Virus record (IMG/VR): IMGVR_UViG_3300025000_000077
Span: 11,261-75,260 of that record
Reading direction: 5' to 3' (one strand)
Source: a virus
DNA: 64,000 bases
Shown: one piece after another, positions 9,176-19,006 of the stretch
Position numbering within the stretch: position 1 is the stretch's first letter
Layout: every line of letters begins with the position of its first letter
Translations under genes and position numbers: made by a program
Notes under the pieces: model-generated
Seen by the model: the letters and a program-made list of their open reading frames with translations, nothing else
Databases searched by the model: none
Told to the model about the DNA's origin: nothing

Positions 9176-12100
9176 GCATGAAACGTATGAAACCCTCTTC
9201 ACCGTTTGGAAGGTTGGATTTTCAAGGTGATTCGATCACTCTTGATACAGAAGGGAAAGTCCTTGTCCTGCCTACTGGCGACGTGGATGTACTACCTCTA
9301 TACAATGAATATACTCTCAATCCGAATCGCCTGACCACTGCCGAAAGCCCATTCGGGGGGCTGAAAGGCTCCCAAGCTGCGGATTTTTGTCCGGGCACTA
9401 TATACAGTCACACAACCGGAGTACAAATAACAGACCTGTCAGGCACAAACGGAACGCACACAATGAGCGCAGGGAAACTAAACGAGTTAAGCCTGTTGAC
9501 AGTTGATACTGAAAATCATACAATCACGCAAGAGTTCAACATCACAAATTATAATCAATTCGGCACAATAATTGATGATTGTACCAGTACAACAGACTGG
9601 ACTCCATATTTAAGCACAGGCGATTTTTCTATATCAAACGGATTATTATTTACGGGAACAACGTCACCCGCAGGGCATTCAATTTGTTCAAAAGAAGTTT
9701 CTATTGATCTCTCAAATATCAAATTTTTAACATTTACGATAACGTCCTCAATTGCCGGCAATCTATATGTCAGGCTGATTGATGTAAGCGGCAACTTCGT
9801 CACTTGGATGACAAGTTCGAATTTTTCGATATCAGCTAACACAGAAACACGTTTTACACTTCCAATCAAAGCCATTTCGGGATCAGTTGGTTCATTACCT
9901 ACCGGTAGAACCAGTACTGTGGATTTTTCTCAAATAGTCACAATGCGAATCGGTGTTTCAACTGAGGCAATGTCATCATCTATCACGATACTCCTAAACG
10001 AAATAAAAGGAGCGAATGAGACATCGGCATACATTGAACTCATGGTTCCCGATAACCTCTCTGCAACTTCAGCTAATCTTTTCACTCACGATGGTACACA
10101 GTATAATTTATGTCGCTCAGATTCCCTCGATTCCGCATACTCAAATGTCACTCAAACATCAGCAAACGCAACTCTCGCAGACGGCACGAAATTCGATGAT
10201 GTCTATACAACAGGACTAGGGAGATCCGTTTACCCAAAAGGAGAAGCAGGGGGCACTAAAAACGGGTCGATAGGATCAATAACGTATTCAGATTACGCTG
10301 GCACTCTAAAAAGAATAGGATATAGATTTGATTTACCTCCTTATGATGGAGGCAGAACGCTTTTTGACACCGTGAAATGCACAATTGTAATTAATTATGC
10401 TCCCGATTCAGACGGAATTTACTCAGCATCTTACAATTTCTCATACTCGGAGAACGACTCCTACGGGATTCTAAACATGGCATGTCCTTGGTTAGCTCTA
10501 TACGATTCTGTATCCGATGTGATTGATTTTTATTTGTCAACTTCTAGGTTTGAACACTTAAAATTAAAAAGGGATGAAGCTGGAACAATTCACGATATTA
10601 CATTATACCCTGGAAATGGTCAAATATATCACGGTCAAATTAGATATGCCGATTTGTCTGCTGATTCAGATTCTGATGGAATCCCTAACTGTTTGGATAA
10701 TTTTATAGAAGGAAGTGTATCAAAATTTTTAGCGTGTTATAGCGAGCCAGTACAAACACCATATCCTATATTTGGTTTTTGGAAGTGGAGTGTTTCAACA
10801 GACGATTATCAGCCCACTTGGAACAAACTTGCATATGTATCATGCAATCACTTTGAACCAACATCCACGGGCACATTCACCGACCCAGTTAGTATGGATA
10901 TTTTTATTTCGGTTCGTGATCAAGCACACCTAAACGGGAAAAAGTCAATTCTTGCGGTAGGTTGCGGAGATCAAGATATAATTGATAGCATACTGGAGAA
11001 TTATACTCAAGATTTTGCAACAAATTTATTATCAGTTATTCAAAATAATAATTGTGACGGGGTAACTATAGATTTTGAATATCCACGCGCTACAAATACG
11101 ATTACAGGTACATCAAATACCCCACTATTCCAAAATTTGATGTCTGCTATATATACAACACTCAAAACAAGCAATCCAGATTATTATGTATCTGTGTGTT
11201 CTCCGAATGCCCCGAGTGCTCTATTCCAAAACAGCGAACTTTATCAGTATTTAGATCATGTTTTTATCATGGGATATGACTACCACAATGCAAATGCAAG
11301 CACCGCAGGCCCTTGTGCTCCTTATGATGACTCTATGAGGTATGATATCAATGACGCTATATCAGCCTACTTAAAATGTGCTCCACAAGATAAATTCATT
11401 TTCGGGCTGCCTCTATACGGTTTTGATTATCCAACGGTTTCAGACACACCCGGAGCCGCTACCACAGGAGGAGCAAATTATGTCCCAATTTCAACTGCAT
11501 TCACAAATTCCGAGGGGAAAACTGTGGCATGGGATCAATACTCACACACTCCATATTATATTTATCAGGACGGGGAGCAATGGAGGCAGGTGTGGTATGA
11601 TAATATCGCATCACTCCAATTGAAATATAATTATATAATGTCGCGCGGTCTCTATGGTGTTGGATGGTGGGCACTTGGTTACGAAATCAATAACCCGGAA
11701 ATACTCTCTAGCATATATAATAATTCAAAAAATAAATTAAATATTATAAATGGGATTACATCTGGAAATTATTGCACAGGCGAAACTGTAAGCATAAGGG
11801 CATATCCACCAAGAGGTTATGTATTCGATCACTGGATAGGGGACACAACCCGGATAACTGATCCAACGGTGTACTATACTAATATCCCGTACATGCCTGC
11901 AAATGAGGTTAATTTGGAGTGTATATGCACATCGTTTTCTAGTACATGGTATAATGCATCGTGGGGGCACCGCATTGAAATTGCGACAGACCCGTATTTC
12001 GTAAGTGCAGCACAGACAGGCATTCCGTTTTTCGTTTCTATTCAAAATGATAGTCTCAAAACATCTCCAACTGGTCATGTTGCAAATGCTAACGGATATG

Positions 12101-12843
12101 ATATTATATTTGTTGCAGTTGATGGGACAACTGTACTCGACCATATAATTAAATCATATAATGGTACAACCGGGACAATCGAGGCGTATGTAAATTTACC
12201 TTCGCTTTCCTCAACTAATAACACTGTTTTTTATATGTATTACGGAAACGCGAGTATAACAGAATCTCAAGAGGATGCAGTCAACACGTTTGATTCAGAT
12301 TATCTCTTGAAGTGGTACGCGGAGGCCGTGTTCCCACAAGAAACGACTTATACAGGTGATTTATCAGGTATCCCAGCGGCATTCACGGTATCTGCGAAAA
12401 TAAAACCATCTGGATCTGGCTGGAGATATATATTCACAAACAATGGGGTTGGAAATGACGGATACCGGCTCTGTATAAACGATACTAATTATTTGACGTT
12501 CACTCTCGCAACCGTTTCAGATTATGTATTTTCAGGTATATCACAACTTGAAAACGATTATGAGTACTATATCTCAATCGTTGTTGCTGGTGGCAACGCA
12601 ACCGCTTATGTGACAAGAGAAGGCTGTGAAACTGAAACTCAAATAAAAGGAGCTGGGACTATGGTAGGCACGCCTGCTCATTATACAGTAGGTGAAAATT
12701 ACAATGGTGACGATTTTACAGGAACTATATATGAGGTGGTTGTATCCGACACGGTAAGATCGGCGTCCTGGTTGAGAACTCTCGCAAAAAACAGAGTTAA
12801 TGGGAAATCTTGTATAGCGTATGACGAAGAAACAAACACATGA
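9172..12843 (+). CDS. Multidomain virion protein with GH18 glycoside hydrolase, DUF2341-like and LamG-like domains
   Basis: DGVTIDFEYP, MGYDYH, FGLPLYG, QVWYDN...GVGWWALG (GH18); WYNASWGHRIEI...YMYYGN (DUF2341-like). Confidence 0.8.
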   Translation: MSMKRMKPSSPFGRLDFQGDSITLDTEGKVLVLPTGDVDVLPLYNEYTLNPNRLTTAESPFGGLKGSQAADFCPGTIYSHTTGVQITDLSGTNGTHTMSAGKLNELSLLTVDTENHTITQEFNITNYNQFGTIIDDCTSTTDWTPYLSTGDFSISNGLLFTGTTSPAGHSICSKEVSIDLSNIKFLTFTITSSIAGNLYVRLIDVSGNFVTWMTSSNFSISANTETRFTLPIKAISGSVGSLPTGRTSTVDFSQIVTMRIGVSTEAMSSSITILLNEIKGANETSAYIELMVPDNLSATSANLFTHDGTQYNLCRSDSLDSAYSNVTQTSANATLADGTKFDDVYTTGLGRSVYPKGEAGGTKNGSIGSITYSDYAGTLKRIGYRFDLPPYDGGRTLFDTVKCTIVINYAPDSDGIYSASYNFSYSENDSYGILNMACPWLALYDSVSDVIDFYLSTSRFEHLKLKRDEAGTIHDITLYPGNGQIYHGQIRYADLSADSDSDGIPNCLDNFIEGSVSKFLACYSEPVQTPYPIFGFWKWSVSTDDYQPTWNKLAYVSCNHFEPTSTGTFTDPVSMDIFISVRDQAHLNGKKSILAVGCGDQDIIDSILENYTQDFATNLLSVIQNNNCDGVTIDFEYPRATNTITGTSNTPLFQNLMSAIYTTLKTSNPDYYVSVCSPNAPSALFQNSELYQYLDHVFIMGYDYHNANASTAGPCAPYDDSMRYDINDAISAYLKCAPQDKFIFGLPLYGFDYPTVSDTPGAATTGGANYVPISTAFTNSEGKTVAWDQYSHTPYYIYQDGEQWRQVWYDNIASLQLKYNYIMSRGLYGVGWWALGYEINNPEILSSIYNNSKNKLNIINGITSGNYCTGETVSIRAYPPRGYVFDHWIGDTTRITDPTVYYTNIPYMPANEVNLECICTSFSSTWYNASWGHRIEIATDPYFVSAAQTGIPFFVSIQNDSLKTSPTGHVANANGYDIIFVAVDGTTVLDHIIKSYNGTTGTIEAYVNLPSLSSTNNTVFYMYYGNASITESQEDAVNTFDSDYLLKWYAEAVFPQETTYTGDLSGIPAAFTVSAKIKPSGSGWRYIFTNNGVGNDGYRLCINDTNYLTFTLATVSDYVFSGISQLENDYEYYISIVVAGGNATAYVTREGCETETQIKGAGTMVGTPAHYTVGENYNGDDFTGTIYEVVVSDTVRSASWLRTLAKNRVNGKSCIAYDEETNT

Positions 12844-12974
12844 AATAGGCTGGGCATGACTCAGGTATGTAGCACTTGCCAGCACTTTCAGGAAGATACA
12901 GTCGCTTTTGCAAAAATTGATGATAATACAGGATTACGAGAATACCTGGTTGGCACGATAGAGAGGAGTGAAAA

Positions 12975-13625
12975 ATGAACCAAATTGTAGGAACCTCTAA
13001 AAAACACACATTCAAAGCATATGACACTCTCGGAGCAGAGGTCACGACCCTTACAGATCCAGTGGTAAAATATAGAATAGATGGAGGAGATAAAACAACT
13101 CTCTCCACACCCACAATCTCAGCTTATGATTCTGATATGCGGGATTTTCTAATTACTGTACCGGATACACTGGCGGCAAATCCATATGTTACCATTTCGC
13201 TTTCTATCACTGCGACAGAAGGGGCCGCTGATATCCTAATAGACGTTTTTCCTCTCTTAACACTTGCCGCAATTAATGCAGAGGTAGACACCGCCCTTTC
13301 TGATTTTGATACCGCAACCCCGATAGCAAAAACGTCAGAGCTCTCAGGGTACAATACGGAAAATGTAATCCCTCGCGGTTATTATGCTCTCGATGTTACT
13401 GCAAAAACAATCACGCTTTCGAGTCCTTATAATACTTTAACAGTTGAGCAGATCCTCAGAATAAAAGATCTCACTACTAATTATATAATTTACGACTGCG
13501 AGGATTCAAAATATTCAACCCTCCCGATCTCAATAACATCCGGTGTTCTAACATACACAGCACCAGCAAGGGACGCAGCAGATAACGATGCACTCCAGAT
13601 ATTCTTTAATGCGGAGCTAGCATGA
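12975..13625 (+). CDS. Virion structural protein
   Basis: GGAG RBS. C-terminal domain paralogous to 5803..6150. Confidence 0.5.
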   Translation: MNQIVGTSKKHTFKAYDTLGAEVTTLTDPVVKYRIDGGDKTTLSTPTISAYDSDMRDFLITVPDTLAANPYVTISLSITATEGAADILIDVFPLLTLAAINAEVDTALSDFDTATPIAKTSELSGYNTENVIPRGYYALDVTAKTITLSSPYNTLTVEQILRIKDLTTNYIIYDCEDSKYSTLPISITSGVLTYTAPARDAADNDALQIFFNAELA

Positions 13626-14059
13626 CACTAGCTGATATCATCGAGTTATATTCTCAGTACCGAGTAGGATCAGCAGAAACAGATGATATCACAGATGCCC
13701 AATTATCCACCCTGAAAACAAACGCAGAAGCCCGTCTAGCTAGGATCATAAGCTCCCGTACATTCTCAGCCGGGGAACTTGAAGAACTCACCGCGTTTCT
13801 TGTATGTGATGTTCTTGAAAATAGACATGGGAAAGGGACAATAGTCTCTGAAAGTGTCAAAGATGCTTCATGGAAATCACAAGTTAAAACTTCTTCGTCC
13901 TGGCTGGATAGAGTTTATGCGGTCCTGTCAGAATACGACGCTGAACATGGAGAAATAACAGATATCTCGGCAGCCGCAGACGTGGGAGGAGTTCGGAGAA
14001 CTGATTCTTATGTGCCTGAGCTGATGCAAGGGTATACAGACGAATATGAGGGTGTTTGA
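13622..14059 (+). CDS. Head-tail adaptor
   Basis: Position, size and SESVKDASW motif typical of gp15-like adaptors. Confidence 0.6.
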   Translation: MTLADIIELYSQYRVGSAETDDITDAQLSTLKTNAEARLARIISSRTFSAGELEELTAFLVCDVLENRHGKGTIVSESVKDASWKSQVKTSSSWLDRVYAVLSEYDAEHGEITDISAAADVGGVRRTDSYVPELMQGYTDEYEGV

Positions 14060-14379
14060 TGGACTTTCCTGACACTGTTACAGTTTACCCATTCTCCTCG
14101 AAGAATGCATCACATGAAGTTTCTTACGGGACTTCCAGAACTCAGAAATGTAATTATACAGAACTCGTGGAAGTCTCACAAGAAGGTGACAATACTATAG
14201 TTTCCGCATGGGTTGCGTTTCCTCCCGGAACTTCAATTACACAACAAGATAAAATAGTTTTAGCTGATGGGTCTATTCCTGCGATATCCTCTATTAAGCG
14301 GGTCGATAGACCAACGAGAAAAAAAGAGGAATATGTCAGGGTTGTTCTTGGAAAACCGGAAGCGAGGGCGGACTTATGA
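14059..14379 (+). CDS. Head closure protein
   Basis: Position and beta-rich gp16-like pattern. Confidence 0.55.
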   Translation: MDFPDTVTVYPFSSKNASHEVSYGTSRTQKCNYTELVEVSQEGDNTIVSAWVAFPPGTSITQQDKIVLADGSIPAISSIKRVDRPTRKKEEYVRVVLGKPEARADL

Positions 14380-14714
14380 CGGCTGCAACCTGTATAGCTA
14401 ATCTGGTAATGACTGCGAACAGAATAGACAAGGACGCAAGAGCCGCAGCAAAAGAAACTGCAGACGAAGTAATGTCTGAATCCAAAGAACGATATTGCCC
14501 GGTTGATACAGGTGAACTCAAAGGATCGGGGAAAGTCGAGGTTGTAAAAAACTCCATAATCGAATTCCACGTGAGATTATCATACTCAACCCAGTATGCA
14601 ATATACGTTCACGAAATCCCGTATCATCACAATCACGGATCATGGAAATATCTTTCAATCCCGTTTAATAAGGCCAATTTTATACAGAAAATTGCATCAC
14701 GGGTGAGTCTGTGA
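14376..14714 (+). CDS. HK97 gp10-like neck protein
   Basis: CPVDTGELKGS and YAIYVHE motifs. Confidence 0.8.
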   Translation: MTAATCIANLVMTANRIDKDARAAAKETADEVMSESKERYCPVDTGELKGSGKVEVVKNSIIEFHVRLSYSTQYAIYVHEIPYHHNHGSWKYLSIPFNKANFIQKIASRVSL

Positions 14715-15103
14715 CAATCGAAACTTATCTCACCGATCTTGGCACATATCTCCAAACCGCGGGAATCGGAACTGTAAATACCGACATTCATTTTTTCGGT
14801 CTTGCGTCCAATGCCACCAACGATATTACCCTTTCCCCGTTTCCGGGTGCTGAATACAACAGAATCATATCAGGAGAGATAAACCCTTACTCCCCGGATC
14901 TCAGCATTATAGTAAGAAATACAAGCGGGGCGGCTGCATTGTCAAAAGCAACGTCCATATATAAACTTCTGAGGGATGTTTCCAATAGAACAATAGGTTC
15001 GACTCATTTCCTGGTGATCCAGGCGCAAGCACCCCCGAGTTTCATATCAAAAACTCAAAATTATTTTCTATTTTCAATTAATTTCTCATTGTTGATACAG
15101 TAA
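14711..15103 (+). CDS. Tail terminator-like protein
   Basis: Position before the tail tube; C-terminal FSINF pattern. Confidence 0.6.
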   Translation: MTIETYLTDLGTYLQTAGIGTVNTDIHFFGLASNATNDITLSPFPGAEYNRIISGEINPYSPDLSIIVRNTSGAAALSKATSIYKLLRDVSNRTIGSTHFLVIQAQAPPSFISKTQNYFLFSINFSLLIQ

Positions 15104-15131
15104 AATAAAAAAAAGAACGGAGCTAAAAAAA

Positions 15132-15839
15132 ATGGTATATGTGAACAGCGCGGCAACCGTGGCTAGAGGCGTAATCGTAAAAATAAACGGCGTGGCAATC
15201 GCTGAAATTATTGACGAAGGTATCCCTAAACCACAAACCACTACAGACGACATCGAAGTAACAAATCAGGATTCCGGAGACTGGAAGGAATATAAAGCGG
15301 GTAGGAAGGACGGGGGAGAAACTGAGATTAAGGGTCACGCGGTCCCATCAGACCAGGGACAGACCGATCTAGCGGCAGCAGCAGCAGCCGGGTCCACGTG
15401 CCTTTTTAGAGTGGATTTCCCGTCAGGTTCTTATCTTACTTTCAACGGGACAGTCAAAACGTTCGATACATATGTAGAAGGGCAAATCCTTGTGTTTACC
15501 TCAAAAGTAAAAATATCAGGGGCCCCTTCGTTCTCGTCCACCAAGAGCGCGTTGACTACCCCATACTTCTCGGCTGCATCCTCGACCTCGGTATTCCCGG
15601 CGGCATCTGGTACAGAAGGCACTTATGTAATTAATTTTGCAAACGGTACTGCCAGTACTAAAATTACTCCTACTGCAACAGCCGGCGTAATCCAGGTCAA
15701 TGGTGTAACAGTTGGGACCGGCGCAGAATCTGCCTCTATAGATCTCACAGCCGGGGCAATCGTGGAATGTACGGTAACCATACAGGAAACAACAAAAGCA
15801 GTAAGTGTGTACAAATTGCTTCTCTGCAGAGCTGCGTGA
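15132..15839 (+). CDS. Major tail tube protein with C-terminal Ig/cadherin-like domain
   Basis: DIEVTNQDSGDWKEYKAGRKDGGE...FPSG...FNGTV pattern of siphoviral tube proteins. Confidence 0.8.
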   Translation: MVYVNSAATVARGVIVKINGVAIAEIIDEGIPKPQTTTDDIEVTNQDSGDWKEYKAGRKDGGETEIKGHAVPSDQGQTDLAAAAAAGSTCLFRVDFPSGSYLTFNGTVKTFDTYVEGQILVFTSKVKISGAPSFSSTKSALTTPYFSAASSTSVFPAASGTEGTYVINFANGTASTKITPTATAGVIQVNGVTVGTGAESASIDLTAGAIVECTVTIQETTKAVSVYKLLLCRAA

Positions 15840-15850
15840 GGTGTTGAAAA

Positions 15851-16204
15851 ATGCCTCTAAAATCAATTCCTTTTTTTGGAGAGTATTCTCTTCGGTACGG
15901 ATGGTCAGGAATAGAAGCAATTATGGAAGTGTTAGGAAATCCGACATTCCAAGAATTTGATAAAATAATTGCAAGAATGGAACTAAAAACAGTCCGCCTC
16001 GTCATTTGGGCTGGACTGATTCATGACAAGCCATTCCTGAAAAACGAAGATGTGTACGAGCTCCTTGATGAATATCTCGGTGAGCACAGTTTCAAGGACC
16101 TGGTAGATGTGATGACAAGGGCACTATCCGAAGCCAATATTATCACTCAGAATCTCCGGGAAAGCGCAGGGGAAGAAACCGACCCTTTACCTTTGGAGAA
16201 TTGA
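15851..16204 (+). CDS. Tail assembly chaperone (gpG-like)
   Basis: Between tube and tape measure genes; IWAGLIH motif. Confidence 0.7.
   Translation: MPLKSIPFFGEYSLRYGWSGIEAIMEVLGNPTFQEFDKIIARMELKTVRLVIWAGLIHDKPFLKNEDVYELLDEYLGEHSFKDLVDVMTRALSEANIITQNLRESAGEETDPLPLEN
16183..16189 (+). other. -1 programmed ribosomal frameshift site C CCT TTA
   Basis: XXXYYYZ heptamer in the correct phase; the -1 frame is open into 16201..16527. Confidence 0.75.
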
Positions 16205-16527
16205 TCACAAACACTCAAAAGACACTATACAAGCTATGTGGGGTTACACCCATTGAATTCTGGACATACACCCCCGCGGAAACTAACATCATGATAGAAG
16301 CGGCAGTCGAAAACCGAACCGAAGAGTCAGATTTTAATCTTGCTCTAAACGCCAGGCTCTGCGCTGTAATCCTGAACGCAAACGGTGTCCAAAAAAAGAA
16401 TAAGAAACCTTTCGAGATGAAAGACTTTCTCCCGGAAGAAAACAGCAAGCGCGCGCCCCATTCAGTTGAAGATATCGAATTGATGATCAGGAACGCAACT
16501 ATTGCAGCAGGAGGAAATGTATCATGA
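16201..16527 (+). CDS. Tail assembly chaperone extension (gpT-like, made as a G-T fusion)
   Basis: GVTPIEFWTYTPAE motif; reachable by the -1 frameshift. Confidence 0.7.
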   Translation: MITNTQKTLYKLCGVTPIEFWTYTPAETNIMIEAAVENRTEESDFNLALNARLCAVILNANGVQKKNKKPFEMKDFLPEENSKRAPHSVEDIELMIRNATIAAGGNVS

Positions 16528-16592
16528 TATACGTTTCTACCTGTTTTTTGCACTGAGGGGATAGCCTCAAAGAGTTAAAAACGGTGATCTAA

Positions 16593-19004
16593 ATGGCAAA
16601 TGGGTTTCTAGGCAATATTTCAGCGGATCTAATTTTAAATAACAAAATGGGCTCGGCTATAGCCTCTGCGTCTGCCTCTATGAAGGGCATGGAAACCCAG
16701 ATGAAAAACATAGGGACTTCTCTCGCGGCTTCTCTCGATGGACCAATGGCGAAACTGAAAGCAATGCCGGCAGAAACTAAGTATCTTGGTGCGGCTCTTG
16801 CGCTTGGTGTTACTGCTCCCCTCCTTGCCTTCGGTTCTGCTGCAACAAAAACGTTTTCTTCTTTTGATGATTCAATGAGGCAGGTCCAGGCGGTTACAGG
16901 AGCCACTGGTCCTCAATTCCAGGCACTTACAAATTTAGCCCGTGAGATGGGCGAAACCACCTCCTTTAAGGCATCGGAAGCAGCCGAAGCAATGACATAT
17001 TTGGGAATGGCGGGATTCAAAACAGATGATATAATCAGTGCTCTCCCTGCTACACTTGCTTTAGCTCGCGCCGGTGTTCTTGATCTCGGATCAGCCGCAG
17101 ATATAATGTCCAATGTGATGACCATCTTCGGGATGAGCGCAGACGAAGCAGGACACGCGGCTGACGTGCTCGCGAAAGTTGCCCACAGCACAAATACAAA
17201 TGTTCAGCAGTTAGGCGAAGCCATGACCTATGCGGGTCCTGTCGCTCATACGTTTGGTTTGTCGATGGAAATGACTGCCGCTGCAATGGGACTTCTCGGT
17301 AATGCGGGTATCCAGGCGAGTATGGCGGGTACAACCCTTAGAGGTATTCTTCAGGAACTGGTTGCACCAACAAAGGCCTCAATGGATGTATTTACAAAGT
17401 ACGGTTTAACTCTCGAAGATCTCAACCCGAAAGTACACAGCTTAGATGTAATTTTCAAAACGCTCAAAGAATCCGGGATGTCGGACGCGGAAATGTTCAC
17501 CGTATTCGGACAAAGGGCGGGTCCGGGGTTGCAGGCACTCTTATCTCAGGGAATTGACACACTTGGAAATTATTCAGTCGAACTTCAAAACGTCGATGGA
17601 TACGCAGAGCAGGCCGCTAAAACAATGGACGAGGGATTCGGCGGGGCTCTCCGGATGATGAATTCCGCTTTAGAATCATTTTCGATATCAATCGGTAGCA
17701 GGCTCGCTGTTATGATGGGGCCGCTGGTTGCATGGGTTACTAAAGCGGCTCAAGTATTTGCAGACCTCAACCCACGTAACAAGGATGCTATAATAGTAAT
17801 CGGTCTTCTTCTTGCGGCTCTAGGCCCTGTTATACTGGCTCTTGCTGCACTTCCTACCATTGTCGCAGGGGTCACAGGCGGATTAGCTCTACTAAGTGGA
17901 GCATGGGCAGTAATCGTTTCTGTATTGTCCGGCGGCATCGTCCCTGCCATAGCTCTGGTAGTCGCTGCTCTCTACATCCTGGAAGAGAAAACCGGACTCA
18001 TAAGCGGAGCCTGGCAGTTTGCCAAAGATGCATTTGTTATATTCGCGGATGTAATTTCTCAGGCAATCGTGCAATTAAAACAAATTGTAGTTGAAAATAC
18101 AGAATGGATCAGAGAAGCGGTCTCAAATCTTATCCCTACTGAAGCAATTGAGACAGTTACTGAGTGGTATGATACAATAAAATCAGCATTCGGTGACGCT
18201 GCAACAACAGTAAACGACAGGGCAAATGTAATCAGAGAAGAAAACAAAAAAACCGCTGAGTCATTCGACCAAAATGGGGTCGCTGCCACTGAGTCCGGGA
18301 AAGTCGTCGAAGCTGCAGCCGGGACAGCAGGAAATGCTGTGACGAATTACGCTAATCTCGCGGTAGAGGGATATGGAAACGCAGATGCAGCAGCCGGGAC
18401 AGCCGGGGATGCTGTGACTGATTACGCGAATCTCGCGGTTGCTGGATATGGAAACGCGGGTGATGCTGCTAGTCAAATGGGCGCAGATACAGACACAGCT
18501 ACCGGCCAGATGTCTCAGGGATTAATACTGGTAACCAATTCAGCTAGACCTATGGTTTTAGCTATCCAGAGCGGGGTCGATCCTGTCACCGATCTGAAAG
18601 CCACAATAGCAGGAGCAACGACTACAAACCACGCTTACGCGGCTTCCTTCGTTGACGTCTCGAATATGGCAAATGCGGCAGCTTCTGCGGCAATTTCTGC
18701 AAGTTCCAGGATAGGGTCAGCGATAAAAACTTCAATTGGTCAGGTAGGAGAGCTCGAATCCCTTGCCGGCAAATGGAATACTACAGCGAAACTTGGAACA
18801 ACGTCAAGCGGTGGAAAAGGAACAGGCGAGGGTAATGTCAAAGTTGTCGATAAAACTGGACGATATACCACACCTGTTACGAAATCCGGCAGTAGTGGAA
18901 CCGGGGAATCCGGCGTTAAAGTGATCTCGACCACAAATAAAAACACAGTCAACAACAACGGCGATAAACTGAGCGCGTCAAAAGCAAAAGCCGCAGGGGT
19001 CTAA
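16593..19004 (+). CDS. Tail tape measure protein (TP901 family)
   Basis: FDDSMRQVQAVTGAT...AAEAMTYLGMAG...GIQASMAGTTLR core; Ala-rich. Confidence 0.92.
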   Translation: MANGFLGNISADLILNNKMGSAIASASASMKGMETQMKNIGTSLAASLDGPMAKLKAMPAETKYLGAALALGVTAPLLAFGSAATKTFSSFDDSMRQVQAVTGATGPQFQALTNLAREMGETTSFKASEAAEAMTYLGMAGFKTDDIISALPATLALARAGVLDLGSAADIMSNVMTIFGMSADEAGHAADVLAKVAHSTNTNVQQLGEAMTYAGPVAHTFGLSMEMTAAAMGLLGNAGIQASMAGTTLRGILQELVAPTKASMDVFTKYGLTLEDLNPKVHSLDVIFKTLKESGMSDAEMFTVFGQRAGPGLQALLSQGIDTLGNYSVELQNVDGYAEQAAKTMDEGFGGALRMMNSALESFSISIGSRLAVMMGPLVAWVTKAAQVFADLNPRNKDAIIVIGLLLAALGPVILALAALPTIVAGVTGGLALLSGAWAVIVSVLSGGIVPAIALVVAALYILEEKTGLISGAWQFAKDAFVIFADVISQAIVQLKQIVVENTEWIREAVSNLIPTEAIETVTEWYDTIKSAFGDAATTVNDRANVIREENKKTAESFDQNGVAATESGKVVEAAAGTAGNAVTNYANLAVEGYGNADAAAGTAGDAVTDYANLAVAGYGNAGDAASQMGADTDTATGQMSQGLILVTNSARPMVLAIQSGVDPVTDLKATIAGATTTNHAYAASFVDVSNMANAAASAAISASSRIGSAIKTSIGQVGELESLAGKWNTTAKLGTTSSGGKGTGEGNVKVVDKTGRYTTPVTKSGSSGTGESGVKVISTTNKNTVNNNGDKLSASKAKAAGV
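18312..18461 (+). repeat. 75-bp tandem repeat (2 copies) in the tape measure gene
   Basis: AAAGTAGNAVTNYANLAVEGYGNAD / AAAGTAGDAVTDYANLAVAGYGNAG. Confidence 0.85.
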
Positions 19005-19006
19005 AA

